From: Microbotryum violaceum
Lineage: Eukaryota
Assembly (NCBI GenBank): GCA_001244265.2
Contig: CDLV01000020.1
Location: forward strand, 62,001 to 126,000
Direction: 5' to 3'
DNA length: 64,000 nt
The notes beneath the pieces were generated by a model that saw only the letters and a list, made by a program, of their open reading frames with translations, did not search any database and was not told the origin of the DNA. Shown piece after piece: positions 46,095 through 58,859 of the stretch. Made by a program: the position numbers and the translations under genes. The first letter of the stretch is position 1. Every line of letters starts with the position of its first letter.

Positions 46095-49000
46095 CTACTC
46101 GGCGTGTCGACCGGCTTGGGCTGCCGTAGCGGCGGAAACGGGACCATGCGGGCTTGGAGGGACGACCGTATGTTCGAATTTGAATTCGAGCTTCAAGGTG
46201 TCACCGAGGTAGGAGCTTGAAGAAGCGGGGATGATGGCGTATTGAGCTTCGCCTTCGCCTTGCGAGGTCTCGGTCTCGTTCGTCTTGCCTCGTTCTCGCG
46301 CCGAAATGTCGTTAATGGACCGTCCTTCTCCCGCGAGATTCTGCTCAGCCATACTGTGACCAGACAGGAAATGCCTCGAACTAGACGTGAGCATGCCATC
46401 CTCTGCAACGCCAAAGACGTCTCCAGCCTTGGGGCTGGACGAGTCGTACAAGCCTAGGCCCGTCGGTTGTTGAGGCGAGTCATCGGCTGAAACACCGCTT
46501 CCGAAAGCAGGGGGTGTTGCCACCTCGTTGCCGAGCTCGCGAGAAGCCTGCATAGACGGCGTATGCTCTTGCTCTTCCTCGACGACTTCCTCTCCGAAGC
46601 TGTACAAAAATCGCAGAAATCGCAGAAAAAGCGAGGTCAGTCGGGTGGATTACGGTGCGGATGGACGCCGATGGTGACTCACATCCAATTCTGTTGCAAG
46701 ATGATGCTCTTGATGATATTGGCCGCCTTGCCCAGATTCGTCATCGACAACCCGAACGCAGTCGGGCTAGGTGTGGGCTTGAGTAAGGTCGGCGCAAAGA
46801 TGATGGATAGATTCGCGGCATGCATCGAGTTGACCTCTTCGTGATCGGTCACCTTGTCGAGATGTTCCGACAGGCGGCGCAAGAGGTGGAAGTTGGGCTG
46901 AGGGAGGCGCCAAACGAGGTCACGGATCGCGTAGAGACGCTCGTCGTAGTCTTCGATCGCGTTCGCGATGATGAAGGGGTCGTAGAGGTCGCAAGGGATC
47001 AAAGGCTCGGGCATCTCGCGCAAAAATAGCTTGAGTAAACCAGAGACGTTGTGGACGTCCGTCTTGGAGAGCAAGGACGCCGGGTCGCCTCCGCGGTCGA
47101 GACTTTGACGAATTTGCTGGATCACGCGATTCTCTCCCGAAATTCGGTAGATGCCTACTTCGAGAAGACCTAGAGTAGATTTCACGAATCATGCAGTCAG
47201 CGGGAGGGCTTCTATCAACGCGAGGCTCCAGTCCTAGCTCACCCCGCTCGGTGATGGTAGCGAGCGCCGAGTCCATGAAGCGAGGAATCGTCGAGTCCTC
47301 GCGTTGGAGGACTTCCCACAGTGGCGTGCCAAAGACTGCACGGGCATTCGCAAATGTCAACACCAGAAATAATAAGGCTCTACTTGTCAGGATTATAGAA
47401 ACTCACGGGCAGAGGCGGGGAGCTTGACTGCAGCGGTCGAGGTCGCAGACTTGGCAGCAGCTGGTTCTTCCGGTTCTTCAGCGAGAGCAGTTTGAGCCAG
47501 GAAAGTCGCTCGGCGGAACGCGATCTCCGTTCCACAACGCCTGAAATGGTCGAGCCAGGAACGCAATTCGTGCGCCGTGCTCGCTTGGAACAACGAGCGC
47601 TGCCCATCCTCGGTGACGAGCTCAAAGACGAACGAGCGCTGACCATTCTCGTAAGGCTGCACTTCGACTCCGGATAGGGGGAGCACGAGATAAGGCTTGG
47701 ACGAAGGCATCCAATCCTTGAGCATACGTAAGGCCTGAGGAGATGGCGACGGTGGAATGGAAGGCGTCGAAGCAGGCGATGCAGCAGTGTTGACGGAGCT
47801 GGGTCGACTGCCACCACCTCGGAAGAGGGCCGTCATGCGCCTCGTGCGCATGCTGACCGACTTGTCCATGGCCTTGGCGACTTCCTTCTCCCGGGCTGCG
47901 CGTTGCTGCTGTTCGGTCTTTTGGGTCTTCAAAACGAGTTCCTTGGTCGTCCGTTCGCGGCGCACCTTGTCCTGCTGCGCTGCGACTAGACGTGAGAATG
48001 GCTTCAGCGACCGAGTCGACTTGCTCCCCTCTCCCGATGCCGCGTCGCGCAAGGTTCGCATCGACCAAGCACCCCATCCAGCGACCTTGCGTTCGATCGA
48101 AATCAGAGGATCATCGCTGCCGTAGGCGGGCTGTGAAGGGCGAATCACGAGCGCATTGCGGATGATGTTGAAGATCCACCTGCGTTTGGAAAAGTTGATC
48201 GAGACGCCATCCGAGAGGCTGTCGACTTGGGACACGATCTCGACGAGGCGTTCGTTGAGCCAAGCGGGGTCGAGAGTGGCTGTAGAGTCGGTTACGACGA
48301 GGTCGTGGCGCACCAAAGCCAACAACGAATCTGCCGACACGACGTTTCGAGTGGACGCGACGGCTTGCCAGGCCGACGCGAACAAACGAGATTCGGGGGC
48401 GACGACGGCAGAGATGACGACTCGCTCGACGAAGCCGGCCAAGCTGGGGTCGACGACGCTGACCTGGTCCTCGACGCTACCCCCAAAGACGACATTGGCC
48501 ATGCGCGATCGGCTGGTCTCGATCATCTCGAGTGCCTTGACCATCCGAAGGGTGCGCAGTCGCAAGCTGATCTCGGGCTCAACAAGGTGGGCCAGAACCC
48601 ATTTACGAATGACGCCATGGGCTCGAATGACCTCTTGAAGGCTCAATGGCATGTGGCGAAGTGGCGCAACGTCGTTCTGGGCCGCCTGCAGCAGCGAGTA
48701 CGAGTCAGCAATGACGAGCTCTTCCTCGTCCGTCTTGATCGAGCAACTCGGGTACCATAAAGCAGGGTCGGCCTGGACCTTGATCTCAAGTTGCTCGATG
48801 TACCTCAGCAAATCCGTTTCTGTGGGGCGTGGGTGAACGTCAGTGCCGGAGCACACTTTCTAGACCGCAGTCGTCTCACTGTCAACTCACCACTCAGATT
48901 CTGCGTCAACCGACAAGCAATCTGGTCCAACCGATCGACGAGTTGGCTCGCGTTCAGCTCGTCGTAAGATAGCGGGGTCGCGCTCGCCATAACGACAGGA

Positions 49001-52000
49001 GCCCTACTTTTAACAGCTGGCCTCAGCAAGTCGATCCCAATACGATTCAACAGCTTCTGCAGCTCGGCCAAGACCTGCGCGTTCTCGGGTTGTGCGTTCG
49101 CTCGCTCGCTTGACTCGATGAAGTGCAAGAACGTCGTCGCCGAGATAAAAAGCTCGTCGTCGTCGAGGAAATCGCCAATGTGGTGATCCATCCAATACGA
49201 TATGTTGCGCAAGACGCTGACCCGGATCGAAGCGATGTGGGCCCAATCGACTTCGATGCCTGGGCTGATCGGCGCCATCGACCACGCAGGGAACGGTCGC
49301 TCAGAAGTGAGATTAACGTGGTCAAGCGAAGCGTTCGGGGCAGCGAGGTAGCGTTTCCGCAACATGTCGAGCAGGACAAGCGGCGTGGTGAAGCTGCGGA
49401 AAGTCGAAAAGAAGGCGGAGCGGAAGTCTGCCGCATCTAGTTGAAGCGGGCGTCGACCCGTCAGCGAGCTTTGACCATCAGCATCGGTCGAAGGCGTGCG
49501 CAAGTTGCTGATACCGAGCACAAGCAGATCGACGAACGCTTCGACCGTTCCGGCTCTGACGACGACGTGAACGGGCTCTTCCTCACTCGCGGCTTGCAAC
49601 TTGGGCCCGGTTGGACTATGCTCGTTTAACGGGGGGGAGACCGCGATCGGCGAACCAACCCTCGAAGGAACGCGACTGAGCGGAGCAAGCGTCGGCGTAA
49701 GACTCTGACGAGTGCTATTGCGATTGGGGCTTCCCGCGCCTCGCGAGCTCCGAGACTCGATCCAACTTGAGGTCCGCGACAGCGTTCCTCGTTCGTTCTG
49801 GACCAAGGTCGGCGTCGAAGGCACGGTGCGTACGGCGTTGGACACAATTGTGAAGACGATGTCGCCATCGGCAAAGGGCAGCAACGTGTTGGCGGGATCG
49901 GTCATGTCTTTGCGCAGTCGAGCGAACGCGCCCAAGCCGAGACTAGCGGAGGCAGCGTGCGGCGGATACGAGGCACGTCGAGCGAGCTGAGTGCCACCCG
50001 GGTGAACCGAATCCGATGCGTTGGAGCTCATGTTGCTGTAAGACCCCTTGTGGCGTAAAGCTGGGTTGCGAGACGACGCCAGGATCTGCCCGCGGTCGAC
50101 CAGACTGATGTGAGGCAACGGCTCGACCATGACCAGGGGCACTAGCGGGCTCGGCTCCTGAGCGGATCGAGATTTGACGAGTAAGTTGATGCCTTGGGCA
50201 ACGAGACGCGGTTCCGCTTTGAGCGATGGAGCCAGATATGTGCTGAGTTGCGGTTTCTCAGGGTGGGTTAGACGAGAGTTCCTTTGCAGGAAGTGCTGGA
50301 GTCGCGGGTCGAGCGCAACCTGCATGACCGACAGCGGTTCGCGTGACCAGACACTGTCAACCTTGCGCAATTCCTCGCGCAAGTCGTAAAGTGGCAACAG
50401 CAGAGTGGCGTCCGGTTGTTCGGGCATCTGTGTTGCAGACGCTTTGAGCTCAGCAGCGGCCTTTTCCAGGATCGATCCAAGGTAAGGAATCGCAGTCCCC
50501 TTTTCGGACGGCTCGAACGCAAGGGGAGAAATCTTGGACTCGTCGTCGTCAGAAAAATTGATCGACCTCAGGATCGGCGCCCAGGTATGGCGCACGATCT
50601 CGATCCGCTCGGCGCCTACGCTCCTCGACGCCTCGTCCAATCGAGCCACCGCACGACAACACACACCCATCGCAACGGCGGCCCAACCCGTGGCATCGCC
50701 TCGCCGACGCAGTTCTTCGCCGATCGCGACCCATTGAGAGATGACGGCGGCGCGCATGTAGATAACCGAAGACGGGCCCGCCGCTGTCGGCGTGAGCGGC
50801 GCAAGAATCGAATTGACGACAACCCGCGTCAAGAAATGAGGCGTCGATGCCGAAAAGGAGAATATGTCTAGGAGCGACGGCCGCTTCGGCGCCTCACCAG
50901 ACGCTGCTTGCCTTAAGATCAGCCTCGAGGTCGACAGCGGATCACTGTTGATAGCGGTCAGACGATCGAGGTGGAAGGCGTGGATCTGCGCCGCAAAAGC
51001 GACGGGGTCGAGCTGAACGAGCGAGTGCGGTGTGAGCTGCATGACCGCATCGGGTGTCGGCGAAGGGGGCGTCGGCGACTCGGGCGTCCGTTTCCGGGCT
51101 TTGGTCGGTGAGTTTGGCAGGGAAGCGGGGCCCGATCTCGGTGCCGAAGAGGCCGCCGATGGGGACGCCCACTCTGTCGAAGCCGTTAGCGGCGGTGGCG
51201 AGCTGCTCGCCTTTTCGATCGTTTGGTCCCACAGCTTCTGAAGCTCATCCACTTTCGGATTGGACTCCTCAGACGACAAGGTGCGGACCTGCTTCAAAAT
51301 CTCGTCCATCGCCGCGCGCCATTCTGCGGAGCCTTCGATCGTAGCCGACAAATCTTGCGGGTACTTTATGCACGCATCCCCGATGAGCTTGGCAAGTCGA
51401 GCTTCGAGAGCAGCCTTGGAACTGGGTGTCGCAGTCTCTGACTCCTGACTGGTTCGGGTCGCCAAAGCCGCAAACCTCTGCAGCTCCGTCGCGAATAGGC
51501 CGGATGGACCGAACAAGTACGGCCGGAATAGCAGCAAAGTGTCAAGGAAAGCATCGTAGGCAGACTCTGACGCTTCCACCCCTGCAGGCGACCCTTCATC
51601 GACAGGGAATGTAGTGGCAAAGATGACCTCGTGCGTGATCGCTTCCACCGTACCGCCGGTCAGCTTGTGCTTGCTCGACGATGTCGCCGACTTATCTGCA
51701 ACCATCAGCCGAGGGTGTGCTGACCCCCCGGCACCCCAATATGCCCTCTGCCTTCGTTTCGACGCGTCCCCCTCGAATCCGGCCGGTGTTCTCGGGCTGG
51801 GCTCTTGAGACGGTGGATCAAGTACGGTCGTCGGGAACATGGACTTGGCCGTGGAGGACAAATCCGCGGGTGGTTTATGGAGATAGAGCTTGGAGCCTTT
51901 GAGGATGGCGCGATACGGCTTCCATCCCTTTTGAAGATCAACTTCGGCACCAAGTCGGGTAGGTCGCAAACGAGGTGATGGGGCCCGAGGCGAAAAGTAC

Positions 52001-53549
52001 GACTGGGATGAGCCTGACCCCGTAGCTACAGGTGACGAGATCGTCGGTGCTGTGCCACTCGGAGAGAGTCGGCTCGGTGACGGCATCGGCACATAGTCGG
52101 CCTTGCGTTGCAAGAAGCCTTGGCAGTGGATCGTCTGCGAATCACGGCGACGGTCGCCGAGCTCGGGCGAGCGTGAAACATGGGTACTGGTCGCGGCTGT
52201 CGTGTTTGACGCCAGCGTATTGGTTGAGGAGTACGATTCGGCGGCTTGCCGCGAAAGATTCAGAGCCGAGCTCGACGAGGGGAGCGGGACTGGACTATCG
52301 CTGGGCCCGAGACGGGGTGAAAGGGAAGGACTCCGCGAGCCACGTGACGAAGGCGCCGAAGTCGAAAGATTCGACGAGGAAGGGTACGAATTGAGTGCGG
52401 CATTAGGTGCGAGGGAGGTGGTGCGCACACGCCAAGTCGGTTCGACGCCGAGCGTGTCCCTCGACGACGAGAAGTCTTCCGTCGACTTGCGAGCCAGCAT
52501 CGGTACCGGGGGAGCGTCTTCAGCGGTCCACATGCGAGACTGTCTCCGACTCGAGATATCCTCGTTGGACCGAGCGAATGTCGACCGAGACGACGTGAGT
52601 AGCTAGGAAGGCGGGAGATGTGGGAGTTCAGTTTTCGGCATGGAAGAGCACTTCCCGAGACCCATAGACTAACCGGACTGCCGCCGTCTGCGGATGTGCC
52701 TGTTGATGACGATGTGCCTTGCCTTCGCCTACCGGCAGGGAGCTGCTCCTGACTGAGCGCGAGAATGGGGGTCGACAGATTCGGCGAGCTCGGGGACGTT
52801 GAAAGTTTGTATGATGCCCCGCCTCTGCTGTCGCTTGCCGAAGTCGGTGCCAGCCAGGCTGGGGCATGTGGGTTCGATGCCGTTGACGTGCGTCGTGAGA
52901 AGAAAGACGCCGAGTTGAATGTTGCCGAAGCGCCAACGGACGAGCTCGTCGTCGCCATGGTCAACGTCGCGCCGTAAGATGCGGCGCCGCGTGACTGGTG
53001 GGGCGCGATCTCGTGCATGGACACCGAGTACGGGATCGACATGGGTGCCGCACCGAGCGGAACCGAGTTAATATCGAGACTGCTGCTACTTTTGGGGTTG
53101 TTGCTGGCGCTCGAAGTCGAGGAGGGCGCCTTGGCTGTGGGGTTGAACCCGGACGAGATCGTGGGCGACGAGACCGAGCCCAGCTCCAAAGTTGAGATTG
53201 AGGCGAAGGTCGAGGTGTCGTCGCTCGAACTAGACTTGGTGCGTTCCCTCGATCCGAATCCTACAGCCCCCCTAGCGCGTTCGACGAAGTAGTTAAAGGC
53301 CCTTGAGCCCCCACCTCCCGATGTTGAGGACGAGGATGCTGGTGCTGCTGTTGGAGTCATACCGGCGCTGTGGTCGTTCGCGCGCACAGACCAGGAGGCG
53401 GGAGGTCCTGGCGCGGTGGTCGCGTTCGACGACGACGACGAAGCCGTCGGCACATGTCCGAAGCCGGCATGGCCCGCGGTGATTCCTGAGGCAGAGAAAG
53501 CCTCGATCGACGAGATGCTTCCTTGGCGCTTCTTCTTCCTGCCCAGCAT
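46095..53549 (-). CDS. Large RasGEF-PH-RhoGAP protein, Bem2-like (multi-exon)
   Basis: Ser-rich N-terminus, PH-like GWKPYRAILKGSKLYLHK, RasGEF-N/RasGEF segments (GTVEAFVDLL, FFSTFRSF, WMDHHIGDF, IPYLG, INFSKRR), PH (RSFVFELVTEDG..LFQA..W) and RhoGAP (VFG.PL, GIYRISG, DVHNVSGLLKLFLREMPEPL, NSMHAANLSIIFAPTL). This matches the Bem2 architecture. Confidence 0.88.
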
Positions 53550-54703
53550 CTTGAGGTCGAGCGATCTGCAAAAGGGGTTCGTGTTCTGAACGTCAGCTCT
53601 CGAGCTCGCGGTCTCTCGGGTTCGATCACGTCGAGACGAGCCGCCGGCCTGTCACGACGACGTGTGGGTGACACGCGTCGAGGAACGAACGCCCGCAGTC
53701 AGGCCGCGACAAAGGGACTCACCACGGCGAGCAACACCCCTGTGCGTAGTCTTGCCTTCTGCTAGGTCCGTTGGAGAAGCACTATGACCCGGAAGTGATG
53801 AAAAGGGAAGAGGGGTAGGTGGAGTAAAGGGACTCGGATCAGACGGCGGATCCACACCGTGGCGCTAGTGCACGTACCCAGAGGCAAGCCCAGGCATGCA
53901 CGCACGAGACACTCTCAAGTCTCGCGAACTTCAAGTCCGTCTTGAGCTGCCCGTGAGCCGCCCGAGCACTTTGCCTACAAATACTCAGGAAGGATTAAAC
54001 TCGCATTTTGGTCTCAAGTTTTAGGTCTTACATGCCAGCTCAGCGTCGTACGGGTGCACGTTCTTCAATTTCCTACTTTCCCCGAGCGTCAATTTGAAAC
54101 GAAGCGCTGCAGCAAGGGCCAGGCACGGATTAAAGCGGCGCGACCCCCCGGTGCCTTCCAAGTTCCAAGGACGAACAAAGAGCTGGCGCTGGCTAGCGGG
54201 CTGGCTGGCCCCGGCCGAATCCTATTCCGTGTACGGTCAATGTGCGGCAGCAACTCTCGGGTATAGGAGAGGATTCCTCTCTGCTGTGGACTGCCTTCGC
54301 GCCATTTTCTATCACCTAGGGACCGACTTTGGTGTCCGACCACGGGAGTCGTGTGACAAGTCATCAGTTCTCGCTGCATCATTTTCGACGAGCTTGCGGT
54401 TTTCGAAGAGTGTCGATTTTGACAAGCAAGCCCGACTTTGGTAAAGTCCATCTGGGCATTCTGCTGAATCGGAGATCCGAAGTGATTTAAGAAGGCCTCC
54501 TTTCTTCCTACGAATTACCAATCGACGGGGGCCCGAAAGAGCGAAAGAACAGCAAATCCAAGGAGCGGTCCGAGCGCGGCCCGACTCCCCCCCCCCCCCA
54601 GCCCCCCCTGTGTTGCCTCCAGACGGCCTGCTCGCGACGCGGCGCTCATCTACCTCCCTCTCTTCCCCTCAACCTCAGCATCACCACTACCGGGCCACCC
54701 AAC

Positions 54704-55652
54704 ATGTCGTCACTATCACGGACATGCCTGAACGCTGCTCGACCTTTGATGCGTCACTCGCGAATGGCCCACAACGTCGTCACCAGGAAGCCCGCGTTAG
54801 TCCTCCTGCTCTGTTCCTGTCCGCTTAGCTCGAAGCCAACCGTGCCTCGGTAGCCCTAGGCTGACCCACCTTTCTTTCTCACTCACGTCCCCATTTGTTG
54901 TCTCGAACGCTTCAACATTTTTGCGCTGCTTCGCCCATCCGTCTCCGCATGCCTTCGATCACTCGTCCCCGTGACCTCCACGACGCATCGCATCTGCAAT
55001 CATCCTCAATCCATACCACCCAACTGCACCCCATGTAGTGAACCTCACACACCACCCTCGATCACGCCTGCCCAAGCCCCGAACCGAGCAACGGTCTGGT
55101 CCAAAACTCAAGCCGCTCGGTGCGCACTCCTTCACCCCTCTTCCATCTCCCTACCAAAAACACCACCCATCTCTATCGTAAACTGATCTCGGCTTTTCTC
55201 ATCTCCTCCGATAGAACCGAAGCTATGCAAGGTCCTCGTTTCGAGCAGACGGACGAACGATTCCAACCTCGCCCCTTGGCCGCGGTCGAGTTGATCGCCG
55301 AGGAACCGATCCGTTTGATTCAAGGGCGTGTGGCGAGTTGTGATGGAGGTCATTCACAGCTTTGGATTGTGTTTACGTTTTTTTGGAAAGGATGTGCTCA
55401 ACCGTTGGGGTTTTTTTCTTTTGTTCTCTGGCTCTGGGCTGGATCTTAGGTGGAGGTTCGTTAGGGCACCCGAAGATCTTTATCAACCTCGACAAGCCTG
55501 GACCCAAGGCGTGCAACTACTGGTAAGTCCCCGCGAACTTCGTTCAACCACTTCAAAACAACTCTGATATACCCATCCTCTCACTCTTCGCCGTGGATTG
55601 GTGCAGTGGTATCCGATTCGAGAAGGACGTTCACGCCCACGGCCACCACTAG
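54704..55652 (+). CDS. NDUFS6: NADH:ubiquinone oxidoreductase NDUFS6/NUMM subunit (zf-CHCC)
   Basis: Mitochondrial-type presequence, then QAPNRATVWS, AMQGPRFEQTD..QPRPLAAVELIAEEP..VASCDG|GGGSLGHPKIFINLDKPG..CNY|CGIRF. Confidence 0.95.
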
Positions 55653-56207
55653 ACGCTGAGAGGGAAGGGAAGGGTGATTTTTAGATGAGCGCAGTCGACC
55701 TGTCAGACGGGTAATGGGAACCTTGATATTGTTTTTGTGCATTTCTTCTCTTGTAAGGCATCGATTTGAAGGTGCAATGTCGAGACCGAGAGCGCAGTTT
55801 TGGAGATCGAACGCTTGCACCTGGCTTGCTACAACTCATGCCCGAGATGACCTCATTCAGGTGAGTAAAATCTAGCTTGGTTGCCATGCATGCTTTCTCA
55901 AATCTGTCTAGTCTGCTGATCCCACTCTCTGAGCCGTCCATCTTTATCATTCTTAACGATCCCCAAAAAGAGAAAGAAAAGGACACCTCCGTCCTCCCCA
56001 TCTTCTTCTTGGCATTATCCAACGTTGCAACACACACACACACATCACGAAGGTTTTTGTGTAGAAGAGAGAGAGAGAGAGAGACGACCTTGGTTCTAAG
56101 AAGGCCACCCGAGATGACTACGTGATGGGGGCGCGCGAACGGGACGTCACGGAAGAGGTGAGAGTCGAGACGAAAAGGAGCGATCCATTTCCCCGAATGA
56201 AAGACAT

Positions 56208-56764
56208 TTATGATTCTGCCAAGTCCCTCAATCGACGAACGGTCCTATGTTTCCGAGGTTAAGAGTGAAAGGGTTGGTGAGCATTCCGGGGATTGTCTTC
56301 TCGTTCCAACAGGGACGACGAAACTCACGATCGAACGGTAGCAGCGGCAGTGGTGGAGACGGTCCAGGCACCACCGGCGGTGGTCTTCTTGCAGGCCTTG
56401 CAGTGCCAGATGCCGACGGCTTGTCGCTTGACGGCGTCCTTGCCGCAGAAGGTGCAGCTAGGGAGAGGCAAAACGAATGGAATGCAACCGGGTTAGGACT
56501 TGTGATCTTTTGGTCTTAAAAAGAGTTCCACCAAGGACGAAAGCCGAATAACACCGACTTACGTGTAGGTAGCGTGTTGGGTGATTTCCATCTTCTTGAT
56601 CGACTTCCTCAACGTAGCACCGTAACGCTGGTGTGCAGGAAATGGGCAATGGAGTGAGCGTCGTAACTTGGGTGCGAGCTCGATTGGCCGTGAGACCTCT
56701 GGCGGTGTGGACTTACGACACCGTACTTTCCAGTAACTCCGACCTTCTTGGTTCGCTTCGTCAT
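56208..56764 (-). CDS. RPL43: 60S ribosomal protein eL43 (L37a)
   Basis: Spliced product [68 protein letters not shown]..|[11 protein letters not shown]. Confidence 0.97.
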
Positions 56765-58859
56765 CTGCAGAGAATGATTGAGGGGCGTCCGAGTGTCAGT
56801 GAAGCTATTCCGACTAGTCACTGCTTCTGTGATGCTCCGCGCTGTCGTTGCTGCTACAAGTTTGTCCTCGACTAGACGCTTCTCGTCCCAATCAACCCGA
56901 ATTCTCATGTTCCGAGTCCTTCATGTTCCAGTCCCGCAGCCATTTGCACGTCCGTGCTCGCTCTGCGACCGCATCCGCCTCCGCGTCGCCAACTCCCTGC
57001 GCTCCCTTGTCCGGGGGTGCCTCGTCCCGCCGCAACCGACGATTTGCATAGTCTCAAAGAACGCACCTGTGTATATATGAGGTCGAAGTGGCGTAGAGTG
57101 AGGAGAGCACGACGATGAAGGAATGTAGGAGCGAGGATTGGGTGGGGCGATGCAGTGGTAGTTGCGAAGGAAACGAGTCGAATGCGTCGTTTCCAATGCG
57201 GGTGAGGTAGGGCGATTGGGCGTAGGCAAATAAATAAACGGGCGGGCAGGCCAGCAGAGGCAGCGAACAAGCGACAGGCAGCGACAGGCAGGCAGCGCGA
57301 AAATCCAAGTTTGCGAAACACGGCGCGGGCAGCGGGCGAGCAAGCGAGCCAGGGCGCGGCGCGGCGCGGCAGAACGCACGGCGTACGCAGGCGGTGCAGT
57401 CGATACAGGTCCGTATGATCGGTGCAGAAAGTGCAAAGCCGGTGGTTGTGTCGGATGGGCGGGTGTGGGGTACACGTCGGGGTCGTGCAGTAGGACAGGC
57501 AGCGTCAGGGCAAAACGGACCGTGTGGGTCAATTGGGCGTGAGTCGCACGGCGGGTGGTATCGGTCGAGCGGAAGAGGTGGTTGAGAAAGGCAGACGGCA
57601 AGATCAGTACATCGTCAATACACACATCACGTCAAGCCCACCTTGCGTGCTTCGGGCAGCGACACCTACCTTGTGTAAATGATCTAGTGGACGGCGTAAC
57701 GGACGGGTGCGAGGAGGCCATCAGCCACGCCTCGTTCGAGCTGGCTCAAGCTGGGCGGTAGCTCTAAGCCGCCCCCCTTTCTTGTCAACTGGGGCCTCGG
57801 GGCCTTTGGGCTTTCGGGCTCAACTTGAAGTGCTGGTTTGGAAGGGCAGGCTGGCTTCGGGCTATTCGGTGGGCCGCTCCGGTCATTTTTTCTGGCAAGT
57901 CATCTTTGCGACAAGATGTCCCAAAGTTCATTTCGAAAGTGCTCCTCAGGAAGTTGATCTCATGACTAGGACGTGAAAAATGCTCACGCGGATCCCAAAT
58001 TCCGAAAATCCTCCGTGAGATGAGAGCCTTCATCCCGATGTTCAATATTTAGCCGAGAATCATGGGAACAGGCTCCTACATTCCCTTACCGCTTCCAGCG
58101 ATTCGATCGAGTCTGGGCGCGAGTGAGCTCGAAATTGACTTTGCCCACCATTCTTAGATTTAAAGTAGAAAATTGGGTACAGCATACAAGATCGTCTCAA
58201 GCGTATAACACGAAGGATCCGAGCTTTACAACGTGAGAATCCGGGACTTCTTCCGAATGTCGTTTAGGCGATGATTGGACGTGAATTTCACTGCATTAAC
58301 CCAGGACCTGTCAAGTGATCAGAGACGGAAAGTGATTGCGTTAGCCTGCAAGCTGACCTGGATGAACTAGAGTAGCGTGGGGAGAATTCGCTCAAACGCC
58401 TCACCAGGTGGATGCCAGCTGGCCGAATGAGCTCAACCTGTTGTACAAACCACCAACAAATTGTAAAAGGATGCGAGAAGCTCGTTCTAAAGGTCAGTGC
58501 AATTCCTCTATGTTCGATATAGCCAAACCGACCTGCGACAATATCTCTGGCGGAACTCACGAGCTAGGGGCCGCACAGTCGACAAAAGTGGTCTTGTCGT
58601 GATGGCCTACCGGCGGCAGAGCGATCGTTGTAGCTTCTACCCCCTTGGTGAAAACGGGTGGGGGTCAAATTGGACTCGGGTGAACGTTCTACCCCAGACC
58701 GAATCTACCGACGATGGCTGCTCTTTGTCCCCCCCGCCCCCATGAAAGTTGGTTAGGGGCGGGGCAGACGCATCAAGTTTCCCAAACCCGCTGCGCTCGG
58801 TGATGGTTTGAAAATCGGTCTCTGCGGGCTTTGAATGGAGGGAAAAAATACCGCTCAGT

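Noticed and set aside
56765..57700. Intronic snoRNA or a 234-aa protein upstream of RPL43
   Set aside because: I found no convincing C/D or H/ACA boxes, and the ORF is low-complexity. It is probably 5' UTR, intron and promoter sequence.
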